Shown piece by piece: positions 26,377 through 39,760 of a DNA stretch of 64,000 bases (positions within the stretch are counted from its first letter, which is position 1; each line of letters begins with the position of its first letter). The notes beneath the pieces are model-generated. The model made no database searches. It was not told the origin of the DNA and was given only the letters and a program-made list of their open reading frames with translations. The DNA comes from Camelus ferus. Lineage: Eukaryota. The stretch spans positions 117,554,001 through 117,618,000 of the forward strand of contig NC_045697.1 in assembly GCF_009834535.1 (NCBI RefSeq). Direction: 5' to 3'. Both the position numbers and the translations under genes were made by a program.

Positions 26377-26611
26377 CCTGGGATTTCAAAATTTGTAGAT
26401 ACTGACAGGCATATGCAGAATAGATAAATAAGATTATACTGTATAGCACAGGGAAATGTATACAAGATCTTGTGGTGGCTCACAGTGGAAAAAAATGTGA
26501 CAATGAATATATGTATGTTCATGTACAACTAAAAAAATTGTGCTCTACACTGGAATTTGACACAACATTGTAAAATGACTGTAACTCAATAAAAAATGTT
26601 TAAAAATAAAA
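26377..26611 (+). mobile_element. Young L1 3' end
   Basis: L1 3' UTR ending CTCAATAAAAAA. Perfect 14-bp TSD TAAAATGAAAATTC at 26363-26376 and 26612-26625. Confidence 0.9.
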
Positions 26612-26717
26612 TAAAATGAAAATTCTTGACTTGTCTGTCTTCCAAGAGAAAAAGATCAGGATTTTCAGTGCTTCCCATCAAAATACCAAAACTCTCTAGC
26701 TCCTTGACATCCTCTCT

Positions 26718-26871
26718 GAGGGGAGGGTGTGTCTCTGTGGTACAGCACACGCTTAACGTGCATGAGTTCCTATGTTCAATCCCCAGTACCTCCTCTAAAA
26801 ATAAATAAATAAGCCTAATTCCCCAAACCCCCCCAAAAAAGCAAAAACAATTTAAGAAATGTTTTTAAATG
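26718..26871 (+). mobile_element. tRNA-derived SINE (Vic-1-like), more diverged copy
   Basis: Homologous to the 24207 copy. TSD TCCTTGACATCCTCTCT (26701-26717) / TCCTTGATATCTTCTCT (26872-26888). Confidence 0.88.
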
Positions 26872-29204
26872 TCCTTGATATCTTCTCTTAATCATTGCCT
26901 CTGTTCCTAAAATGTCCTCTCCAGATGTAAATTAGTAACAACACTGTAAACTAGTGAGAACTAAGAAACGGGTAAAACAGATCAAGCTGTACACTGGGAA
27001 AGCGCTTGGGAATGTTGCATCTCAGTAGCTCCATTTCATGCATAAACTAAAAACAAGACTGAAGTCTTTCCATTCCTCCCTGACACAAGAGAAGGCATGA
27101 GTAGAGAAAAAAATCATTCCCTAAACTGAAATCTGTCTTCCAAGAAAAACTAGCGCGCACACGTTGCCAACCACCCCTAGAGATCGTCGCTTCCAGAACT
27201 TTCTTTGCCAAGTGCTTGTGAGGAGGAGAGAGTTTTTTTTTTTTTTTTTTTTTTTAGAGGAAGCCTCCTTCTGCTGTGGAATTGCAGGAGCTACTTCTGT
27301 GATAGCGGGATTGTTGAAAACAGACGGTCCCTTTAAAATCTGCAATTCACAATAAATAGCTCACGTGAATGCCTTCAGGAATACATTCAAAATGTCCCAA
27401 ATCAGTACCACTAAAACGTCTGTGACAGTGTTCTCCAACAAATTAAGTAAACGGACCCCCCTCTACCTTTTAATCTTCAGACGAGCTACTCATTTCAGTC
27501 CCAAATTGCCCTGTAATAATTGTTTGCATAATTAACTTTAATGACAAATAAACTTATATATGGTTCGAGAAGCATCATTAATTCTGTGAAATACTCCTGT
27601 AAGACATACTAACGTATTTTAAAATATGTCTCAGATTGTTAAAACCATTATCTAAATGTGAAAGAGGTAAACTGTGTCCCCACCAGATAACATAAACTAA
27701 AAGACAAATTTTTCTGCGTTCTCCTGATAAGTCGGGGAAGCTGTTATCAGCAGTTCTGGAGTTGCTACATCTCAGGAACTCCGAGCAGGAGATAAAGCTT
27801 ATTGTGACTCTCATAAACTCGAATTCTAGTAGTGGGTTCCATATGACATGTTTTTATCTACAATGTGTCCCAAGACTTTTCAGTCAATATGTTAAGCTCA
27901 TAATTATACCATGAAGGTCTTTTTTTTTACCAACCCAAAACAACAAAGGGCCTGAAATTGGTATATCTGCCTATGAGGAATCCAGAATGTCTCTTTTCCT
28001 TCTGGTTTCCCCCAGAAGTAGTTAATAGAAATATGTGTCTGAAGTAGTATTATGATAAGAATTCACTGTTTGACAGGAGCTCAGTGCTAGTGGAGAAGCC
28101 TGACCGTGCCTGTGCGAACTAACCAAACACCAAGTCAATCGGAAGCTTACACAGAAAGAAAAGAAAAAAGACAAGAAATTCCCAGTTCCAAATTCCTCCT
28201 CCTCCCCTGCCCAGGACACCAAGTTACGCTGCCTCTTGGAGTTTTTCCTACTTGTCCAAGGTCCCCTTTCCACACTTTAAGAAATCTTGTAAATTTCAAG
28301 CTGCTACAAAGAAATTTTCTTTTTTTCCTTTTGGCCTGAAAAATACTTATTTCAAAATGCTCACACTAGCCATTTATTCTTGCAAAAGTAACAAGAAATA
28401 CATAATCACATTGCTGACTGACCACAGTAGACCAAATACTAATGCTAGAGAAATTGTAGAATGAGTACTAAATCTGAAAGAGAATAGTATTTGGGTGCAA
28501 AGCCAAGAGGTTTATGGGTTGAGGAAACCTTTTTTTATATGAAATTACGTAACATGAGTTTCACTTAATTTTATGCTGAAGTTAGAAATCACTGACTAAG
28601 GCCATAGTCTGTTACAGAGATGAGGAATTAGCACGGAGTATGCTCAGTTTCTATAAACATATTTCTATCACTTCCATCAATATCATTGGGTTTTTATAAA
28701 GATTAAACTAAAAATATTTGCATTCAATGGGTATCTTCCAAGGTTCACTGAAATTCGATCACAGTGGAAGTATCAGAGCAGCATAAAATAAGTGAATTCT
28801 GTAGTATTTATAGTTTGAAATTAATTTTACACGAAGGGTAAATAGCTCCATAGAAATGTGATGCCCTATTCAAAGTATGAAAGACAAATTAGAATTCAGG
28901 CATTTCTCAACTCCATCCAGTTTGCGCTCATATTTTAAATACTAAACTAATCAGGAAAACATGTAGATCTTAACATAACATATCCATAAATAAACTATAT
29001 AAAACTATAAAGTAAAATTCTGAGTAACAATCTAAATAGTAAAATCATGAGGGGTCTATGTCATTTGAGAAACTGTAAAAGAAATGAAAAATAAACCACC
29101 TAAGAAACTACCTTCCCATAATTCCCTTCCTGTAATGAGCTCCCTCCCCCCAATCTATCTGTTCTATTCAGTTAAAGATTCTTATAAATGTCAAGGCACA
29201 AAAT

Positions 29205-29385
29205 ATTTTTACTTCTTTTTTTAATTGAAGTATAGTCAGTTTATAGTGTTGTGTCCATTTCTGGTGTACAGCACAATGCTTCAATCATATATGAATGTAC
29301 ATATATTTGTTTTCATATTCTTTCCCACTGTAAGCTACTACAAGATATCAAATATAGTTACCTGTGCTATACAGTATAAACTTAA
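29205..29385 (-). mobile_element. L1 3' end
   Basis: TTTTTTAATTGAAGTATAGTCAGTTTA...CTGTGCTATACAGTATAAACTT. Confidence 0.85.
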
Positions 29386-32300
29386 GACTCTAAATTTTAA
29401 AATCGTCTTTAACCTTAAACTATATATTAGTCATTCACCTCTGTCAGAGCCCTGAGGACCAGGTCCTGTATTCCAACCACCTGCAACATGCCTTCTGCAC
29501 CGTCTAACATATGTATGTTAGCAGATCATTTTAACATACAGCAAAGTCGGGTTAAAGGTAATAGCTTTGAACACATCTGTCTCATGGATGAAAGTGAAAC
29601 ATGTATCACACCTCTGTCGAAATAGGAGCTGAGGCAGATACCAAGTAAACTGTTTCATCTGAAATCTAACTGTAGAGTGAGCGCAACATTCTGACTTTAA
29701 AAAGCTTAATTCTGTAACAGGAAATGCTGCTATAATATTAAATCTGCTGATTAGGTAAATAACCCTGAAGGATACAAAGCCAACAGAGGCATGATTCTAC
29801 CTTTAAGAAAGGCACGTTTTCATTTTCCATGTGAATTTTTAAACGTTTTCATTCTATAAATTAAAAGTATAAAAAAATGACAAATTACTTTGAATAGTAC
29901 CAAAAAAAAACCAGGCATTCAACTACCAACAGACACCACTGTATGAACACCATCCTTTTTTTCTCCCCAAATTAGTGAAATCTGCTTTGAAAAACATTTT
30001 AGTGTTTGAAAATTTTGAAATTGGGGGGGGGGGGATTTTCAGATTTTTAACTTAGAATTCAACAACTAATTTTCCTATTGTATTGAAGAGGCAAGTCATT
30101 TAAGACATTTGGCCATTAGTCATTCAGATCATTAGAGACAACCTCAGAAATTCTGAATGAAAATTGTCATAAGAAAAAGACTAATATTTTAATTGTGTCT
30201 GGAGAACTTACAAGGTTTTTGCTCTGTGTAATATAGCCTCTGCTCACTTTAAAAAAAAAAAGTCTATTTCAATTTAGGTTTATTTCCTGTAATAGCATTT
30301 GCTCTGCAGATTAAGCACTTCTATTGACTTTTTTCCCCCCAAGGGAAAAGAGGAAGAGGAGGAAAAAAAAACCCACACTCCTTGAAAAGTCAATCATAAC
30401 AGGAAACAACTGGTCTTCTATAGCCTTCCTGAAACTTGTCAGGGCTCAAGGAAGTTTGAACGCGTGTTAAGTGTTACTGGAGGAGATTCTGAGAGGACCT
30501 GGGCTCTGGCATGGATCTGCATTCTGCGATCAGGATGTCCCCGCACAGTGACCCTACCAATTTTAAAGCCTGACATGAATGCGAAATGCTCCCCACCACC
30601 TGATCAGCTGACTGAAACCAGCAAGACCTCAAAAAGGAATAGTATAGGAATAAAATCCTATTAATTCTAAGCTTCCACAGTTTCACACAGTAATTTTTAT
30701 GTAAATGCTTAGTTTCTCATATCCTAAACAGAATATTTCAACCAACCCCATTCTTTGATTTCCATTTAGTGTTGTGTATTAGTTTTCTTGAATTCTCTTG
30801 TGACACATGAAGTCTGAAAGCTTAACTCTAAAAAGGCCAATGACAAATTAATTATTCTGCCGTATAAAGAGCTGTTTCACTCTTTGTAACCTCCAGTTGA
30901 TGATAACTGAGGATTCGTACCCCACATTGTAAGAGATTGTGTCCTGGTACATGTGTTCTTGGGTTTCTTCACAGCATGAATTCTCATGATCGCTTAACAG
31001 CATCCAGGTTGATTCCGGTTTTACGAAACTTTTGCATATATTAAAGTAGGTAACTCCAAGCTTTTGTAAATGCCTCAACAAAACGACAAAACACGATAGC
31101 CCAGCCAATCTACAACTACTCACAATTTAAAACCACACACACGCAGTCGAATTCATGCAAAGTGTAATAAAAAAGGTTTAGTAAGTATCAATTAATTTGA
31201 TGAACACAGATATACAATTTCAATAATTCATGACTAAAATTCAGGGATAAGAATATACCTTAAAAGATAATCTGAAGAATCAAGGTTAAAAAGCCGAAAA
31301 AAAAATATATTTTTAGAATTCTCTCTTCCAAGAACGTTTATAATCAATGCTGTTCCTGAATTTCTTTATGAAGCAAATTCACAAGGACATTTAAGATAAA
31401 CTATTTTAAAAATAAAAGCAAAGGTACTCTTCTTAAAAGCCACTGGGAATTATTTTTGAAAGACAGCATTTTAAGTGAATCTTTGCAAAATAGATGCCAT
31501 TTATATTTTTTTCAATTTCTCTAAATAAACATGTTTACACTGTTTCAAAAGCTATTCATATGCGCAACAGTTTTATGAAAGAACAGTATTTTCTCCAACA
31601 TCTCCATCTGCTGGCTTCGAGAAAAAGTAGATTTTTATCTACTGTTCCTTTAAATTTAATATTTTTGTAAATTTATTTTTTATGAAATTAAATATAAAAT
31701 TATTTCTAAAGAGACTAACAGCTCTTTGTCAAAGTCATGCACAAAAAGGAACAGGAAAAATTTTGAAGAGGACGTTTAATATTTAATACGTTTAATTCCC
31801 AAACCTACGTGATCAAATACCCAGGTCCACAGCCCTTTCAGACAGCTTTATTTTAACAAGCTTAAATAATGAGCATAGCACGAAAGTTTAAAACTTTTTA
31901 GAATGTAAAAGTGTTTAGAATTTTCCTAAAACCTGCTGTTGATTTTGTTGAACTATATATATATATGTGTTGTACACACATAGGTCAATATCAAATTGAT
32001 TAATTTCACAAACATTCTGTTACTGTCATAAACTGCTTTTGTAGAAAAACCACTGGAGTATCTTCGCATCCTCGGACTGAAGTTCTTAGACAAGACATAG
32101 TGGCCAGGGCACAGAGAAGGCCATCAACGCAACAAGGATTTGGAAACGATTTGAAAGAGCGTGGAGGGAAAAGATCAGAAAAAAGGAATTACTATGGGAA
32201 AAGCATTCATGTATTCTGTGACAACCACACAACTGGAGGCAAATACTGAAGAGGGCTGGGGAGGAAGGGAGGAAGGAATTTGCAAGCCCATCACTGGCTT

Positions 32301-33217
32301 TAGCTGTTGAAGCACATCAGATGCTAGTCTTAGGTATGTATTTCTCTTGTTCTATGGATTTTGTCATATTAAAGTCAGGTCTGAACAGCCTTGTGGAGGA
32401 GGGGGAAGAGGAAGAAAGAAAGAAATGGGAAATCTGTCTATTTCCTCAGGTACCCATGGAAACGGATGGGAACAAGGAGGTCCTGCCATTATCTCAGCTC
32501 CATGCCTATAGTCATTTTACCCAGTTCAGAATATAATGGCTGCATTCCCTTTGCATAACCTTAACCCTTGCCGCTGGGTCTTTCCAGCAAGTTGTTTCCA
32601 AATAACTCCCCCATCTCAGGAATACAGTTAAATTTGAAAACTAGTATCTCTTCTAGTTTGAAATCATAGAATTAAGGTTTATAGCTCTACTTTCTTAATA
32701 TCTAAATTTAACCCTATACGATTTTTATGGTTCAACTGGGAGGAAGCGGGAGGTACTTTATGATGCCGATGGATGATCACCTTTTAATACCGGAGCTAAG
32801 GAGTAGAATTCCTTAGATTTCTGGAGGTAACCAACGTCGTTTTGGTTTCTGCTCTCAACATATTGGATGCTGCTGCTTCTACTTCATAAAGGAAAAAACC
32901 ATGGATTCCCCCCAACCCCCGACCGAAAAGGCAAGAAAACAGGGGCTGAGCATTGCAGAAAAATCTTGAGCAGGACTGAAGTGACCAAAACTCATCGTCA
33001 CAAATGTGACAGTCAAAACTGCCATTCATCTGTGACTGCTGACTTTGTGATGGCAGTTTATATAAGCATCTCTCTCTCTCTCTGAAAAGAGTTAAACTAA
33101 TTTTACATTTTCTATTGCTCTTGGTAGAAAAAAAAAAAGAAATGGTTTACGAACTCTCCATTTCATTTTACAAACTCTAGATTGTGAAATTCCTAAAGGA
33201 AGGAAGAAACTGAGCCA

Positions 33218-33218
<1 letters not shown>

Positions 33219-33256
<38 letters not shown>
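33219..33256. repeat. (AC)19 microsatellite; (UG)n in the GRIA2 pre-mRNA
   Basis: Read directly from sequence. Confidence 0.97.
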
Positions 33257-33258
<2 letters not shown>

Positions 33259-34649
33259 AGTGATGTGTCCAGTCAATGAATTAAAATGTCAACTCCAGAA
33301 TATTCTCTAGGATGAGTCTCAGGGCCTCACCAGTTCCCTTCAGCGATCAGTAAGATGACTTACAACACGGGAGTTGCAGAGGCCATAGTTCAGAACTCCC
33401 ATGTCAGAAACTTGAAAATGCATTCGATTCCTCACCACAATTTGCTTTAGTGCCATATAGAATACTACAAGGAGGAGTAATTTGGGGATCTGTAGACATG
33501 CAACTTCTTATTTCAGCTCCATTTTCTGAGAAAAATATGTGCAAAATGAAGACTTGATTTTCCCGTTTTCCCAGAATTGTGGTCAAGCAAATTAAATTGT
33601 GTGTGCGTGTGTTTTTTTTTTTTAAATGAAATCCATGCCTTATTAGATGGATGTATTCATTCTGTAGAAATGCATGGATTTATACGTGTTTGAAAGAGGT
33701 ACATTTCCTGTCTGCATATCTTATTTCAATAAAGATTTATATTAAAAGTAAATTATTCAAAAATATTGGGACTGAGGACCTAAACTAGTCTCCTAACCTA
33801 AACTGGCCATAATCTTTAGTCTTTACAAAGCCCCAGCACAGCCATTCAGCATTTGGAGTGAAAGGATACTCATTTCAGCCAGTAGCTGTGTCTGAGCTGC
33901 TCCCTGCCAGGCCCCTGTGGTACTTTAACCAGTGAGGGGATTTCTCCATCACTGGCCATTCTCAAAAAATACATCTGTCAATTACTCTCACCTTGTTTTT
34001 AAAATCTACATCCTTCCAATAATCATCGTTTTAGGTTCGTGCATCCCTTTCCAAAGCATTTTCACACTAGTATACAATTACATACAGTCAGATACTTAGC
34101 ACAAATGTATGTCATACTCCTAATTCAGGTGAAAAAACAAACTGGAAACCTGATATGGAATCAAGTGAATAATCTAAATCCAGTAGGTAAATAGGTCAAG
34201 TATAAAGGCCTTCAAATATGAAGCTACTTGTTTCCTTACATATATGTATATATATTAAAATTTTCCAAGACATTCTTATATTCTTTCATGGAGATTTTTT
34301 TAAAGCTGCAAATCCACTTAAGTCTGTCTCTCTCTCTCTGTCTCTCCACCCCATCATCCCCAGTTTCTTTTCCCACTTGGTATCAACATGTGAAGAAAAC
34401 ATACAGCACTGAAATCTTCTTAAATAGGTTCTTTTTCAACCATCGAATTCTGAGCATCTCGTATGACCATAATAACAACCTCTGTTCTACCAGGCGAAGA
34501 AAATTGTTTGATTCTTTCATTCATCCGGTTGACAGCAGTTACAAAAGGACTGATGTCCCTGAGACCACAATCAAGCTAATCCATGGACTACATGATTAAG
34601 GGTAATATATGACCCGGGGAAGTGCGATGACAACCACCAGTATTTGTCT

Positions 34650-36804
<2,155 letters not shown>

Positions 36805-36990
36805 CTATCTCCCAGGTCCTGCGGGTGGGTGCCGCTGCCCTACGCCGGGTCCCTGCTCCGAAGTCCGGAGGACTGGCTGGACGCAGTTTTCAGCAGGGCT
36901 GCCGCTGTGGTCCCCGCGCCTCGGATGTTCAGCTCCCCTCCCATGCGCTCACACACTCACCCTCGCGCGCGCTCTTCCCTCTCCCCTCTC

Positions 36991-37006
36991 CACACGCGCG
37001 CGCGCG

Positions 37007-37067
<61 letters not shown>

Positions 37068-37072
37068 ACACA
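36991..37072. repeat. (CG)n-(CA)n compound microsatellite; (GU)n in the GRIA2 leader
   Basis: Uninterrupted pyrimidine-purine alternation from 36991 to 37061, followed by further CA units. Confidence 0.95.
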
Positions 37073-37107
37073 GCCCCGAGCCCCAGAGAGGGGCAGGCGG
37101 TCCCCGG

Positions 37108-37119
37108 CGCGCGTGCGCG
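37108..37119 (-). promoter_or_regulatory. NRF-1 site
   Basis: Minus strand CGCGCACGCGCG fits YGCGCAYGCGCR exactly. An NRF-1 site is described near the rodent Gria2 TSS. Confidence 0.8.
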
Positions 37120-37144
37120 GCTCGCGGCGGGCGGCCGGCGCGCG

Positions 37145-37168
37145 CCCCCATCCCCGCCCCCGCCCCGC
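37145..37168 (-). promoter_or_regulatory. Tandem GC boxes (Sp/KLF) with G-quadruplex motif
   Basis: Plus strand CCCCCATCCCCGCCCCCGCCCCGC contains repeated CCGCCC. Minus strand GGGGCGGGGGCGGGGATGGGGG has four G-tracts. Confidence 0.75.
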
Positions 37169-37287
37169 ACCGCGAGCCCCGCACCGCCCAGGAGGCGTCG
37201 CGCGCGCGGGGCTCCGAGCCTGGCGGCCACGGTCCCAGGGCTAGACCTCGGGTCTCGCGAGCCGTCGCGCCCACCGGGGCTCTGCCT

Positions 37288-37308
37288 TTCAGCACCGCGG
37301 ACAGCGCC
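37288..37308 (+). promoter_or_regulatory. RE1/NRSE (REST binding site)
   Basis: TTCAGCACCGCGGACAGCGCC matches the canonical TTCAGCACCACGGACAGCGCC at 20/21, with the difference in the variable spacer. An RE1 is a known element of the Gria2 promoter. Confidence 0.95.
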
Positions 37309-37380
37309 CGCGCCGGCCTGCGCTACCTTGGCGCCGCGGCGGACGCGATGCTCCAGCGCGTTCCAGAGGCAGCGAAGCCG

Positions 37381-37388
37381 ACTTCCGG
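37381..37388 (-). promoter_or_regulatory. ETS/GABPA motif
   Basis: ACTTCCGG (= CCGGAAGT on the minus strand) inside the promoter CpG island. Confidence 0.45.
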
Positions 37389-39742
37389 CGGCCTTGCAGG
37401 AGCCGGATTGCTAATTGTCGTCGGCGGGGAGGCGTCCTCTCACCAGGCCCTGATGTTTCACGTTAAAAGCAGTGTTGATTTTAATCTTCTGTAGCCTGTA
37501 AAACCCACCGAACAATATAGCAACGCTGCCACCCACCTCCCCTGATCCAGCCCGAAAAGCGAAGGAGCAAATAAAACATCCATGATCAAGGGTTCCAAAA
37601 ATTGTGAACTTGAGCAAAATGTGATGTAACTAAGATCCAGGGAAAGCCCGAAATTCGATCTTTAAATGCCCGAGCCACATAGGAGAAGACCACGCTTCAA
37701 TCTTCGAAATACTTTGCATGGAGACCCATCTTGAGAGGATGCTCTGTTGGGCTGCGGTGCCAGCTTGCCCAGCCCGCTGCGTGCGGGTCCGTCTCGCAGC
37801 CTTCACCGCAGACTTTCGCCGGTAGTAGAGACAAGTAGACTTGGCTCCTTAGAAGCTCGACTTTAGACAGATTGAAAGCAGGTGACTCCGTTTCAAGGAA
37901 AGTCTTGTAGAAGAAAGAAATCAGAAGATGAAGCAAGTCTTGAGAGGCCGCTGAGCTGCAGTCTTTCCCAGAGACTTAGAAACCGGATACTCCATAGCGT
38001 TTTGCCCGTGAGTTTGGAAAATATCACCGTCCAAAGAAAGTAAACTAAGTGCTCCCCGCTTTGAACTCACGAGCTAGAGACCCCTGGAGAAGAAACATGA
38101 GGTTGAGGACTAAAAGCTTGTGGAAAGGGAGTTGGTGGGGGAGGGAGGATCCCTTGGGAAGTTTTGCAATTAGCACTGCTTGCCAAGGCTATGCCTGGGA
38201 ATGTGCTGTGGCAATTCTCTGATGCTTCAGAAATTCCTCACTAAGTTTATGGTTTTTGTGGTTTTAACAGAGAAATAAAGGATGATTGAGCACAAGGGAA
38301 TGTTTCCGGGAGGCAGGAGACTGGAGCCCACTGTATGGAAGGAGTAGCCTCCTAATATTTCGCCAAGCTGTAGTGTGCCGTGCTGCTTTCCTGTGCAGTT
38401 GTCACGTTAATACCAACGTTTACAGCCTCTTTGTTGGCTGTTATCTCATACTTGCCCCTTAGTCATTCTGGGCCTCAATTTTTATAATGAGAAAGATAAG
38501 TAAAGTGGCCTCAGTGGCTCTCTAATCCTGCAATTCTGTGATATCAAGCCACGGTCTTTCCCTGGTTTTGATTTTCCATATGTATTTCCAAGCCAGGAAT
38601 TAAAAATATTCATAATCTATTACTAAGTTTTTAAACTACAGGTAAAAACATCTCCCAACTTTATCACCAAGAATTGATTTTAGTCTGTAATAAACACTTC
38701 ACTGCATATAAAACAGGTCCTGTGAATCAAAATGCATTTAGCCTTTCAAAAATTAAAAAAAGAATAAAAATAGTAAGACATGAATAAGTGTATATCCACA
38801 TTTACAATACAGAGAACAATTAAATAAATCTTATCTATTCAATCACTAGTTGTGATATAAGGCACAAAAAAGGGATTTGAATTATTCTCTTTGATTTTTT
38901 TCAATATATAAAATAATGAAAAATAGCTCAAGGCAAAACAAAAATACTTTTTCAGCCATCTTCTTTTTTTCTTTATTCATTTTTTTTCCACAAGAAAAAC
39001 TTCAACTTCATACCAAGTAACTTGGAAGAAAAGAATGGGGGCGATGGGGTGACAAGGAGCTTAAATGTGGAGAATTGGTAACGTTTGAAGTATGGGTCAA
39101 TGTCAATTAAATTTTTTAAGAGAATGTGTTTCAAAAATTGTTTTTATCTTAATCTATTTCAAAGTCAGAGACAAAGATGGACTCAAAATTGACTGAATTA
39201 CATCCTAAAAATTAATACAAAATAAAAATCTGCTGAATCATAGAAGTGTTTTCCTTAGTAAATAATATGTAAGGACTCAAGTCAAATATTACAGTCTAGT
39301 AACCAATTATAATTCATTTATAAAATGGAAATGATTTTAGCAGGCATTTCTTGTAATTCAACTATTATTGTATTAACATGCCTTTCACAAGGCAGTTATG
39401 TTTGTACCTTTCACAACAAATCTGGATACATTTCTTGCAGTATTAGCATCATCGTACTTATATTATCATTCATAGAACTTTTTCAAATTTACTATGACAT
39501 TTATTATATAATATATTTTTCAAGCATAGAATACTGTCAGTATAAATGTAAGAAATTTAAATTGGCTAAAATGGTTATGCGAATAAATGAAAAATACTGG
39601 AACTTATTTTTAATACTTCCAAATTTCTTGTTTCAAGAATATATCTCAAATTAATCAGTAATAAAATCGAATTTGAAATTTTCAAAACTACCAAGACTAC
39701 AATTGAACAGAATAATGTGCTTGAAGAAAGAGTTTGCTATTT

Positions 39743-39760
39743 TGTGCCCTCTGCTGTTCA
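39743..39760 (-). promoter_or_regulatory. Candidate CTCF site
   Basis: Minus strand TGAACAGCAGAGGGCACA has one mismatch to core CCASYAGRKGGCRS and lies in otherwise AT-rich unique DNA. Confidence 0.5.
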
